Source: Candidatus Latescibacterota bacterium (lineage in GTDB: Bacteria > Krumholzibacteriota > Krumholzibacteriia > WVZY01). Taken from it: 64,000 nucleotides of DNA. This document shows positions 10,678-19,951 of the stretch, one piece after another (the stretch's first letter is position 1; the number at the start of each line of letters is the position of its first letter). The notes beneath the pieces are model-generated. The model saw only the letters and a program-made list of their open reading frames with translations. It was not told the origin of the DNA and searched no databases. The stretch is from assembly GCA_963791045.1 (NCBI GenBank), contig CAWBQK010000007.1, positions 32,001 to 96,000 of the forward strand. Direction: 5' to 3'. A program made the translations under genes and the position numbers.

Positions 10678-13333
10678 TTTCTCGATTGTAAAAGCACTGT
10701 GCAAACGCGATCTCCGTCTGTATTTCAGCAATCCGACGGGTTACGTTTTCATAACACTGTTTATTTTTCTCAGCGCCGCCGCGGCGTTTTGGCAAGAACG
10801 GTTTTTCCTCAACAACCTCGCCAATCTCGAACAGTTGAACGTGGCCTTTCCGTTCCTTCTGATGTTCTTCGTTCCCGCGATCACGATGGGCGTGTGGGCC
10901 GACGAACGCAAGCAGGGGACGGACGAACTCCTGCTGACGCTGCCCGCCACGGATTTTGAAATTGCGATGGGGAAGTATCTCTCGACGCTCGGGATTTACA
11001 CGGCGGCTCTCGCGCTGTCGCTCAGCCATCTCGTGGTGCTTTTCTGGCTGGGGAACCCCGATCCGGGTCTCATGTTCGCGAACTATCTCGGGTACTGGTT
11101 GATCGGCGCGGCATTTATCTCGCTGGGAATGCTCGCGTCTCTTCTGAGTCCGAACGCGACGATCGCATTTATCCTCGGCACCATTTTCTGCGCGATCTTC
11201 GTGTACCTCGGCACCGTGATGACGCTCGGCGGTCCTCGGGCGGAAGAGGCGGCCTTGTCGCTCACCGTGTGGGAGTTCTTTGGCGACTTTTCCCGCGGAG
11301 TGGTAAGTCTCTCCGGGCTTCTTTATTTTGCATCGGTGACTTCTCTAGCGTTGTATCTGAACGTGATTCTCCTCGGTCGCCGCAACTGGCCTCAGGAGGC
11401 GGATGGCTACAAGATGTGGGTTCATCAGACGGTACGCGCCGTTGCCCTCGTTGTTGCGGTGATCGCGTTCAACGCCCTGGTCAACCGCGTGAGTCTTCGT
11501 GTCGATTTCACGGCCGAGAAACTCCACTCGCTTTCAGTTGAAACAAAACATCTTATCAAAGAGATCCCCGACGATCGCCCCGTGTTCGTACAGGCATACA
11601 TCAGTAAAAATGTTCCAAAGACATTCGTGCAGACGAGGGCGAACCTGTACGGTTTTCTGAAGGAAATCGATGCGCTGGCCGGAAGAAAGGTGCAGGTGTT
11701 GATACACGACACCGAGCCGTTCAGCAAGGAAGCGCTCGAAGCGCGCGAGAAATTCGGAATACTCCCGATGGAGGTTCCCATTGTCGCCGGCACCGTACAG
11801 AATTCCCAGATATTCATGGGGGTCGCCTTTACCTGCGGCGCGGAAGAGGACGTTATTCAGTTTTTTGACCGAGGACTCCCGGTCGAATACGAATTGGCCC
11901 GGAGCATTCGGGTTGTGGCGCGGACGCAGCGCAAAAAGATCGGCGTTTTGAACACCGCGGTCAAACTGTTCGGTGGTTTTGATTTCAATTCGTTCCAGAG
12001 TCAACCGGGATGGCCCGTGGTCGACGAACTGAGGAAACAATACGAAGTCGTACAGATTTCGGCGACCGAACCGATAACGGATGAACTCGACGGGATGATC
12101 GTTGCGCTGCCGTCGTCGCTTCCGCAGGCGGAGATGGACAATCTCCTCTCTTATATAAAGGCGGGTAACCCGGCGCTGCTCCTCGTCGATCCACTTCCCG
12201 TTAGCAACCTGTCGCTTGCGCCTTCCGAAGAATCCGGCGCGAACGTGAACCCGTTCATGAGGAACCGCGGGCCGCAGCCCGAGCCAAAAGGCGACATAAA
12301 CCGCTTAATGCGCGAACTCGGTGTGCAATGGCATATACAGCAGGTGATCTGGGATGCGTACAACCCGCACCCCGATCTTGCGAATCTTCCTCCCGAAGTG
12401 GTGTTCATTGGTGGGGGAAACAACAACCCAGAGTCCTTCAACCCGCGTTACACGGCGACGGCCGGACTCCAAGAACTCGTATTGTTATTCCCGGGAACAA
12501 TCGAACAGGCACCGAATTCGCCGTACAATTTTGAAAAACTCGTTCAAACGGGAGCGATGTCCGGAGCGGCTGCATTTCAACCAGCTTGTACAAAACATCA
12601 TTTTTTGGGTCCCAGCTCGTCACGCAGGGGCTTCCGCACTACCCACTGGCCAACGAATTTCCGGTTGCCGCGCATATCTTCGGCGCCGGGTGAAGATGTG
12701 GACACCACCGGCGCACCGAAGAAGTTCAACGTGGTCGTGGTTGCGGATCTCGATTTTATTTCGACACAGTTTTTTGAGATCAGGAAACGCGGTATCGAAG
12801 GGCTGAATTTCGACAACGTGTCGTTCTTCCTCAACTGTATCGATATGCTCGTCGGTGACGATTCTTTTATCGCGTTAAGACAGAGAAGGGTGAAACATCG
12901 CACGCTCGAGACGGTCGAGGCGAGGACGAGGGAGTTTATCGAACGCCGTGCATCCGAGGAACAGGAGGCGGAAATTGAGGCTCAACGAGCATTGGCGGAG
13001 GCGCAAAGGCGGCTCGACTCAAAAGTCAATGAAGTACGGAAGCGCACGGATCTCGACGAGCAGACAAAAAAAATCATGGAGCGGAATCTCCAGGAAGTCG
13101 AATCGCGCAGATTCGAAACGATGAAATCAAATATAAAAGCGGAAAAAAACGCAAAGGTTCAACGAAGCAAAGAGAACATGGAATCCCAGATACGCAGCAT
13201 TCAAAGCGACATCAAAATGCTTGCCGGTCTGGTTCCACCGATCCCGGTGTTCATGGTTGGAATAATGGTCTTTCTCAGCCGACGAAAACGTGAAAAAGAG
13301 GGCGCGGCGGCCGCCAGAAGGTTGAGGGGGTAG
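10661..13333 (+). CDS. Fused GldF-like ABC-2 permease and GldG-like periplasmic domain with a C-terminal coiled coil
   Basis: 6-7 TM segments with the ERKQGTDELLLTLP permease motif; DFTAEKLHSLS; VVVADLDF...N..FFLNCIDML; coiled coil, final TM and RRKR. An internal stretch (~12565-12692) appears locally out of frame. Confidence 0.85.
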   Translation: MNGKINFSIVKALCKRDLRLYFSNPTGYVFITLFIFLSAAAAFWQERFFLNNLANLEQLNVAFPFLLMFFVPAITMGVWADERKQGTDELLLTLPATDFEIAMGKYLSTLGIYTAALALSLSHLVVLFWLGNPDPGLMFANYLGYWLIGAAFISLGMLASLLSPNATIAFILGTIFCAIFVYLGTVMTLGGPRAEEAALSLTVWEFFGDFSRGVVSLSGLLYFASVTSLALYLNVILLGRRNWPQEADGYKMWVHQTVRAVALVVAVIAFNALVNRVSLRVDFTAEKLHSLSVETKHLIKEIPDDRPVFVQAYISKNVPKTFVQTRANLYGFLKEIDALAGRKVQVLIHDTEPFSKEALEAREKFGILPMEVPIVAGTVQNSQIFMGVAFTCGAEEDVIQFFDRGLPVEYELARSIRVVARTQRKKIGVLNTAVKLFGGFDFNSFQSQPGWPVVDELRKQYEVVQISATEPITDELDGMIVALPSSLPQAEMDNLLSYIKAGNPALLLVDPLPVSNLSLAPSEESGANVNPFMRNRGPQPEPKGDINRLMRELGVQWHIQQVIWDAYNPHPDLANLPPEVVFIGGGNNNPESFNPRYTATAGLQELVLLFPGTIEQAPNSPYNFEKLVQTGAMSGAAAFQPACTKHHFLGPSSSRRGFRTTHWPTNFRLPRISSAPGEDVDTTGAPKKFNVVVVADLDFISTQFFEIRKRGIEGLNFDNVSFFLNCIDMLVGDDSFIALRQRRVKHRTLETVEARTREFIERRASEEQEAEIEAQRALAEAQRRLDSKVNEVRKRTDLDEQTKKIMERNLQEVESRRFETMKSNIKAEKNAKVQRSKENMESQIRSIQSDIKMLAGLVPPIPVFMVGIMVFLSRRKREKEGAAAARRLRG

Positions 13334-13335
13334 TC

Positions 13336-14713
13336 ATGAGTGAAATCAGGAGAAACATTATTTTCTGTGCCGTGGCGGTTGTGCTGGTCGTCCTGGCTGT
13401 GTTTTCGACGTCACCAAAAGATAACACCGGACGCGTTTCTCGATCAGGGTGATTCCTTTTTTCCCGACTTCACCGATCCCAATGCTGGCCCGGACGCTCG
13501 AGGTGATCAATTATGATGAGAGACCGGGTTCGGCAAAGCCATTCAAGGTGACTTTTAAGGGACGGGATCTGGACGATTCCGTCGCATCATGACTATCCGG
13601 CGGATGGGAAGGATCGTCTGGCGCAGACCGCGGCGGGGATCATCGGGATCAAGAAGGATGACTATCGTTCGGACAACGCGGCCGATCATGAAGCGTGCGG
13701 TGTAGTCGATCCGCTCGACGAAAACACGTTGAATCTCAAGGGCGCGGTCAGCGCGTAACCATCAAGGGCGAGAACGATGTGATTCTTGCCGATCTGATCG
13801 TTGGGTTGCCTGTCGAAGGCAGGGAAAACATGCGTTTCGTCCGGGTGCCGGGTCAGAAACGTGTTTACGCGTCTCTGATGGATCTCGATATATCGACAAC
13901 GTTCGGTGATTGGATCTTTACGGATCTTCTCGAGGTCAACAAAGACGACATCGAGAACTGGTTCTCAAGGACTACTCGATCAACGAGAGGACGGGGAAAG
14001 TTGAGGACCGCGACGTTATCGTTCTCGAGAAGCACGGAGACTGGACGACGCCGGGGATGAAAAGTGATGAGGAGATCGACAAGGCGACCATCGACGCCGT
14101 GCTTGGCGCGCTCGATGAACTCGCCATCGTGGGGGTTCGCCCCAAGCCGGAGGGGCTGTCGGCGGCGTTGACAATTCGGTCGGACAGCCTGTCGTTCAAC
14201 AGGTCGGATATGATGTCGCTCCAGAGCAAAGGGTACTTTTTCTCGCGGGACGGGAGGCTGCTTTCAAACGAGGGCGAGATTCAGGCGCGGTCGGTCGACG
14301 GGTTGGTTTACACGCTTCGTTTTGGAGAGATTGTCTACGGCTCGGGACTTGCCGTCACGGCGGGCACGAACGCCGGCGCGCCCGCGGGCACAGAGACGGG
14401 GGAGAACCGATACCTGTTTGCAACCGTCAGTTTTGACAAGTCGATATTTCCCGAGCCGGTTCAACCGGCGAACGTGGATTTCCGCTCGAAGGCGGACAGC
14501 TTGTGGACGAACGACGACCGGCTGAACAAGTCGCTCGACGACGCTTATCGCCAGTGGGCGGATAAGTACAACCAAAGCCAAACGCGGGCGTCCGAGCTCA
14601 ACGCGAGATTCGCCAAGTGGTATTACGTGATTTCGTCCGCGAGTTTCGAAAAACTGCGACCGCCGAGGTCCGATCTCGTCAAAAAGATCGAAGTGAAGAA
14701 TACGGAAGGTTGA
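13336..14713 (+). CDS. DUF4340-like accessory protein of the Gld-like ABC module, frameshifted
   Basis: ATG 2 nt after the upstream stop; N-terminal TM; WTIPSHHDYPAD, FVRVPGQKRVY and WYYVIS pieces lie in different frames (ORFs 13695-14060, 13910-14713). Confidence 0.65.
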
Positions 14714-14722
14714 TCGTTCCGG

Positions 14723-16177
14723 TTACTTGATATAGCCGAGCGAACGAAGCTGTTCGAGCCGTTCGTTCTGGTCGATTGCGTCGCGGACCCTCTTGCCGCG
14801 CTCCGCCAACCACTCCTCAGTGTCGTGCGTGGGAACGTACTGTAGTCCCGACTTTTCCATCCAGTCCATATCTATGACTCCGCGGAGCGGCGCCCCGTCC
14901 ATGTCCTCACCGATAGGAATGCCTTTCAACGTCAGAATAGTGGGAAGCAGGTCGAGAACGCTCCCCAAAGTCGGGAGGTCGGACAGGTTGATCTCGGCGC
15001 CCGGGCTTGACCTGAAGCGATCGCCCGCGGCGATGATGATGCCTGGTGGGGCATCGAGGTGATGTGCTGAATTCGTGTACAGAGGCGGATCGTCCTTATT
15101 GAATACGCGTTGTTCGTTTATCGTATGCATGCCGTGATCCGACACGACGAGAACCTCGGTGTTTTCCGGCGCGAGATCGAGTATCTCGCCGATGATCCGG
15201 TCGACATAGATATAGTGATCGGCGACGACCTTTCCGAAGTTCTCGATTTGTTTGTCGTCGGGCGGGTTGGTGAAATCTTCAGGGTACGCATACATCCAAA
15301 AACGGTGCCCGGCGACGTCGGGCCCGCCGAGATACAACGCCAGAAGATCGAAATTTGTCTTCGTTTCAATTATGTCTTTGGCGACCCGCACATAGGTTGC
15401 GTCCGCCCTGAACGCCCACTGTGCCTGGTCCCACATCAACTGGCTGAAACCGTCCAGGGGATACGGCGGTTGTCCGAATATTCCGTCGGTGATTGTATCC
15501 AGGTTCTGGTCGACGGTCTCGAGCAGCCCCATCACGTGGTTTTGCATTTCGGGCGGATACACCTGGTCCTCGACGCCTTTCAACAGCGCGCCCTTCCACA
15601 GCGCGCGCTGCGGATTTCGCAGAACTCCCGTCGTATTTGTCTGCGTTACCATAATGCCGTTTATTGCTTCGGCGGGGTATGTCATCCACCACCCAATGCA
15701 ATGAACATCGAGGTTGTAGTCGCTAAGAATGTTCCAGAACGCTTTCGTTTTTCTGTGTCCGCTGGTGTAGTACCTGTATTCCTTTCCGCCGCGGACCCGC
15801 TGTTCGTAAACAAAATGCAGAATTCCGTGTTTTTGCGGTATCTTTCCCGTCGCGACCGACGTCCATATCACTGCGGAGAATGTCGGCTGCATTGACTGGA
15901 GGTATCCGTAGACACCGCGTTTCATCAGCCCTTCCATGTTTGGGAGCTTGCCGTCGGCGATGAGCGGTTTCATCACTTCCCATTCCATGCCGTCCACAGC
16001 GAATAGGATCAGTGGGGTTCGTTTCGTTTTCGGCTCGGTTTTCTTCGGTTTTGAGCAGCCCGCCAGTGCGATAACGGCGGTCAAGAATGCGAACAAAAGA
16101 ACAAACGTCCCGGCGGTTCGAATGTGGGTTGTGATTGTGTTTTTATGCGGTGTCTGGAATGCAGCTCTGGTGGTCAT
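14723..16177 (-). CDS. Alkaline-phosphatase-superfamily (type I phosphodiesterase/nucleotide pyrophosphatase-like) lipoprotein
   Basis: LAGC lipobox; motifs AVDGMEW, PTFSAVIWTSVATG, PDVAGH and VSDHG; C-terminal QLRSLGYI. Start chosen at MTTRAAF. Confidence 0.8.
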   Translation of the reverse strand: MTTRAAFQTPHKNTITTHIRTAGTFVLLFAFLTAVIALAGCSKPKKTEPKTKRTPLILFAVDGMEWEVMKPLIADGKLPNMEGLMKRGVYGYLQSMQPTFSAVIWTSVATGKIPQKHGILHFVYEQRVRGGKEYRYYTSGHRKTKAFWNILSDYNLDVHCIGWWMTYPAEAINGIMVTQTNTTGVLRNPQRALWKGALLKGVEDQVYPPEMQNHVMGLLETVDQNLDTITDGIFGQPPYPLDGFSQLMWDQAQWAFRADATYVRVAKDIIETKTNFDLLALYLGGPDVAGHRFWMYAYPEDFTNPPDDKQIENFGKVVADHYIYVDRIIGEILDLAPENTEVLVVSDHGMHTINEQRVFNKDDPPLYTNSAHHLDAPPGIIIAAGDRFRSSPGAEINLSDLPTLGSVLDLLPTILTLKGIPIGEDMDGAPLRGVIDMDWMEKSGLQYVPTHDTEEWLAERGKRVRDAIDQNERLEQLRSLGYIK

Positions 16178-16412
16178 GATGAACTCTCGATTGTTGTCCG
16201 GTTGAGCGATGAGTTTCTCGAATGTGTCTTGAAACCAATCATACGCCCGCGAGATTGATCTGTCCAGGGATTGCGGCGTCAGGAGTCCGCGCCGGCGGGG
16301 GGCGGTTTGTCCGTGGTGATGGACAATACCCCCGGTCGCGTGGTATTTTTTGTTGATCAAAAATGCAAATCGTCAATGGACGCCGGGAATCCGCAAAGGA
16401 GATAACAGGCCA

Positions 16413-17549
16413 ATGTCGCCAATTCAATCATTTGAACCGCCGCAAAGAACACTCATGGGACCTGGGCCGTCGGACGTGCATCCCCGTGTGCTCGAAGCCA
16501 TGGCGCGACCGACCATCGGGCATCTGGACCCCGAGTTCGTGAGACTGATGGATGAATTGAAGATTCTCGTTCAGCACACCTTCCTTACCGAAAACGAAAT
16601 GACTATGGTGGTGTCGGGGCCCGGATCGGTGGGTATGGAAACCTGTTTCGTGAATCTTGTTGAGCCGGGCGACAAGGTTGTCGTTTGCAGGAACGGGGTT
16701 TTTGGCGGAAGGATGATTGAAAATGTAGAGAGGTTCGGTGGAACCGCTGTTGTTGTCGACGATGAATGGGGAAGGGCTGTGGATCCCGCGGGGCTCGAAG
16801 AAGCGCTCGTTGCGAATCCCGACGCGAAGTTCGTCGCGTTTGTTCATGCCGAGACATCCACTGGCGCGCTCTGTGATGCGAAGACGCTGATCGAATTGGC
16901 GCACAAACACGGCTGCCTCACGATAGTCGACACCGTCACATCGCTCGGCGGCGTCCCCGTCAAAATCGATGAATGGGGGGCCGACGCCGTTTACTCGGGG
17001 AGCCAGAAGTGCTTGTCGTGCGCCCCGGGCCTCGCGCCGATCACCTTCAACGACCGCGCGATGGCAGTCGTCACGGAGCGCGAATCGAAGATTTCGAGCT
17101 GGTTCATGGATCTCAATCTCGTTCTGACGTATTGGGGCAGCCACGCGAAACGAGCCTACCACCACACCGCCCCCGTAAACGCGCTTTACGGTCTTCACGA
17201 AGCCCTGTTGATGCTCGAAGAAGAAGGCCTGGAGAACGCATGGGCGCGTCATCTCGACAATCATCACAGGTTGCGTGCCGGCCTCGAATCGATCGGGCTC
17301 GGATTTATCGTCCCGGAGAACGAGCGGATACCGCAACTGAATGCCGTAACCATTCCCGAGGGTGCGGACGATGCTGTTGTTCGCTCGCGACTTCTCGGCG
17401 AATTCGGTCTTGAGATCGGAGCGGGCCTCGGTCCACTCGCGGGAAAAATCTGGCGGATTGGATTGATGGGACATTCGTCAAACGAAAGAAATGTAGATTA
17501 TTGTGTCGAGATTCTGGGCGCCGTTCTCGATCAAAGCCGAAGGGGGTAG
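16413..17549 (+). CDS. Alanine-glyoxylate / serine-pyruvate aminotransferase family (class V PLP)
   Basis: LMGPGPS, HAETSTG, PLP lysine in SGSQKCL, WRIGLMG; RBS aaggag upstream of ATG 16413. Confidence 0.92.
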   Translation: MSPIQSFEPPQRTLMGPGPSDVHPRVLEAMARPTIGHLDPEFVRLMDELKILVQHTFLTENEMTMVVSGPGSVGMETCFVNLVEPGDKVVVCRNGVFGGRMIENVERFGGTAVVVDDEWGRAVDPAGLEEALVANPDAKFVAFVHAETSTGALCDAKTLIELAHKHGCLTIVDTVTSLGGVPVKIDEWGADAVYSGSQKCLSCAPGLAPITFNDRAMAVVTERESKISSWFMDLNLVLTYWGSHAKRAYHHTAPVNALYGLHEALLMLEEEGLENAWARHLDNHHRLRAGLESIGLGFIVPENERIPQLNAVTIPEGADDAVVRSRLLGEFGLEIGAGLGPLAGKIWRIGLMGHSSNERNVDYCVEILGAVLDQSRRG

Positions 17550-17552
17550 CCG

Positions 17553-18494
17553 ATGAAAACGCCGGTTTCGTTTGTTTCAATTTGTGTCGTTGCGGCCGTG
17601 TTGTGGTCGACGCTCGCGGGATGTGGGGGCGGCGGAGACGCCGACGACCCGGCGACGGCGGCGTATGTCGAGGAGATCGAAACGTGGCGAACCGAGCGGG
17701 TCGAAGGGCTGACGCGTTCGGGCGGGTGGCTGACGTTGGCCGGCCTTCACTGGCTCGACGAGGGAGAGAACAGTTTTGGGTCGGATCCATCGAATGATGT
17801 CGTTTTCCCCGAAGGCAAGGCCCCGGCGGTCATGGGAACGCTCGTGCTCAACGATGGCGCCCTTCGGATGGTTCTCCAGGGCGGTATCGAAGTGACATCG
17901 AACGGGCACCCCGTGGGCTCAATGGTTCTTTATCACGACGGAGACGAAGAACACGAGGCGACGATGCTTGCCCACGGTTCGCTGTCCTGGTATGCGATCA
18001 AACGAGGCGAACGAATCGGGATTCGTGTGAAGGACAGCGAAAGCAAGGATCTCGTGGAATTCAAGGGAATCGACAATTACTCCGTTGACCCGGCTTTGCG
18101 GATCGAAGGTGTTCTCGAACCACGCGAATCGGGCGACACGATAGAAATTACCAATGTTCTCGGCGCCGTTTCACAGGAACGATCCCCGGGCACGCTGGTT
18201 TTTGAAATAGACGGGCAGAAGTTGGGACTCGACGGAATCGCCTATGATGAAGACGATGACCTCTTTGTCGTGTTTGGCGACAGGTCGAACGGCAAGGAAA
18301 CGTACGGCGGAGGACGTTTTCTCGTCGTCGAGCGCCCCGGCGACGACGGCAAGGTCGTTATTGATTTCAACAAGGCATACAATCCTCCCTGCGCGTTTAC
18401 AAAATATGCGACCTGCCCGCTTCCGCCCGAGCAGAACGTTTTGCCCGTTGCGATCCGCGCGGGGGAAAAAACATACAAAAAACCGGGACACTGA
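17553..18494 (+). CDS. DUF1684 family lipoprotein
   Basis: LAGC lipobox; ETYGGGRFL and DFNKAYNPPCAF...CPLPP signature. Confidence 0.88.
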   Translation: MKTPVSFVSICVVAAVLWSTLAGCGGGGDADDPATAAYVEEIETWRTERVEGLTRSGGWLTLAGLHWLDEGENSFGSDPSNDVVFPEGKAPAVMGTLVLNDGALRMVLQGGIEVTSNGHPVGSMVLYHDGDEEHEATMLAHGSLSWYAIKRGERIGIRVKDSESKDLVEFKGIDNYSVDPALRIEGVLEPRESGDTIEITNVLGAVSQERSPGTLVFEIDGQKLGLDGIAYDEDDDLFVVFGDRSNGKETYGGGRFLVVERPGDDGKVVIDFNKAYNPPCAFTKYATCPLPPEQNVLPVAIRAGEKTYKKPGH

Positions 18495-18550
18495 TTCGCG
18501 GTGTCCCGGTCTTTTTCAAACCGGATTATATGCGTTTGAGCGTTTCCCGG

Positions 18551-18856
18551 TTACAGTCCCAGTTCCTTCTTCTTCTCTTCGGCCCCGGGGAACGGATCTT
18601 CTTTCTCGGTAATTACCGGAAGCCCTGGTGCCTTATCCGCGTTGATTTCGATCCACTTCTTCTGATCTTCGGGCACTTCGTCTTCGGGGTAGATAGCCTC
18701 AACGGGGCACTCGGGTACGCAAGCGCCGCAGTCGATGCATTCGTCCGGATCGATGTACACCATCTCTTCATCCGCGTGGAAGCAATCAACGGGACAAACT
18801 ACGACGCAATCGGTGAAACGGCATTTGTGGCAGTTTTCCGTTACAACGTAGGCCAT
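18551..18856 (-). CDS. fdxA: FdxA-type (7Fe/8Fe) ferredoxin
   Basis: [18 protein letters not shown] and [12 protein letters not shown] motifs, with a DUF3470-like tail. Confidence 0.9.
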   Translation of the reverse strand: MAYVVTENCHKCRFTDCVVVCPVDCFHADEEMVYIDPDECIDCGACVPECPVEAIYPEDEVPEDQKKWIEINADKAPGLPVITEKEDPFPGAEEKKKELGL

Positions 18857-19180
18857 CTCGCACTACTCCTTGTTAATGAATCGTACTCATGTTTTGCCGT
18901 CGGATAACGGCTTGATCCAAAGACTTTACGACCGTTGCCGATTCAGGTCAAGTATGAACCGAAGGCAATGATCGCATCGGTGCGGTGCGTGAAAAGGTGG
19001 ATAATCTTGACACGGATGGGGCCAAATCTGGTATGATCGGCGTTGTGATCCGTCCGGCTCGATTTCCTTGTGGGGTGGATGGGATCCGCGGTTCGAAACC
19101 TCGAACAATTGCTACAGGTTTATATGGGCGCTTGCGTTCGAACGCCCCGCGGGAGCCGGAATTCCGCGGGTTGGAGCGCG

Positions 19181-19193
19181 TAAGTGCTTGATA
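19181..19193. promoter_or_regulatory. Possible IHF-binding site in the fdxA/por divergent intergenic region
   Basis: TAAGTGCTTGATA reads TATCAAGCACTTA on the minus strand, an exact match to WATCAANNNNTTR. Confidence 0.35.
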
Positions 19194-19363
19194 AAAATGG
19201 CGGACGCCAATGCTGTTGGGGCGGGTACGTCCGCGACGCGGATACAGGACGTTTATATAGTGTGATACAAATCGATAGAGGCCGTCTGCTGACCGCCGGA
19301 ACCGACTTTTAGCGACGGCTGGTAACCGAGGAGCAATCCTCAAATAACTTGGAGGTCCGTACG

Positions 19364-19936
19364 GTGCTCGAGATTCGAATACATGGGAGGGGAGGTCAGG
19401 GCGCCGTGATCGCGTCCAAGGTTCTCGCCGCCGCTTTTTTTGAAGAGGGGCATTTCGTTCAGGCGTTTCCCGCTTTCGGAGTGGAACGCAGAGGGGCCCC
19501 GGTAATGGCTTTCATCCGCACCGACGTAGCGCCGGTTCGGCTTCGTTGTAATGTTTACCACCCTCACCATTTGATTGTTCTCGATCAGGCGCTTGTTGAG
19601 ACCATCGACATTACCGAGGGTTTCAGGGAGGATGGGTGGATTCTTCTCAATACTCATCGCAAGCCCGAAGAATTTGCGTATTCAAAGAAATACAAAGTGG
19701 CGACCGTGGATGCCAATGACATTGCCGTCCGCCACCGTCTTGGTAGCCGCGCGACCCCGATCGTCAATACGGCGATTCTCGGCGCTTTTGCCCGTTGTAC
19801 GGGTCTGGTCGATATCGAATCGGTTGTCAAGGTTATCGCCGCGGCCGTGCCGCTGAACGTGGACGGCAACAAGCAGGCGGCAAGGGATGCGTTTGAAGAA
19901 ACGACACTGTTCAACCCCGAACTGCAGACGCGTTAG
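19364..19936 (+). CDS. Pyruvate/2-oxoacid:ferredoxin oxidoreductase gamma subunit
   Basis: EIRIHGRGGQG, FGVERRGAPV and NTAILGA; GGAGG RBS before GTG 19364. Confidence 0.93.
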   Translation: MLEIRIHGRGGQGAVIASKVLAAAFFEEGHFVQAFPAFGVERRGAPVMAFIRTDVAPVRLRCNVYHPHHLIVLDQALVETIDITEGFREDGWILLNTHRKPEEFAYSKKYKVATVDANDIAVRHRLGSRATPIVNTAILGAFARCTGLVDIESVVKVIAAAVPLNVDGNKQAARDAFEETTLFNPELQTR

Positions 19937-19951
19937 GAGGAAGGGGGTACG

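Noticed and set aside
19198-19214. Sigma54 promoter upstream of the por operon
   Set aside because: GG and GC are 11 nt apart instead of the required 10.
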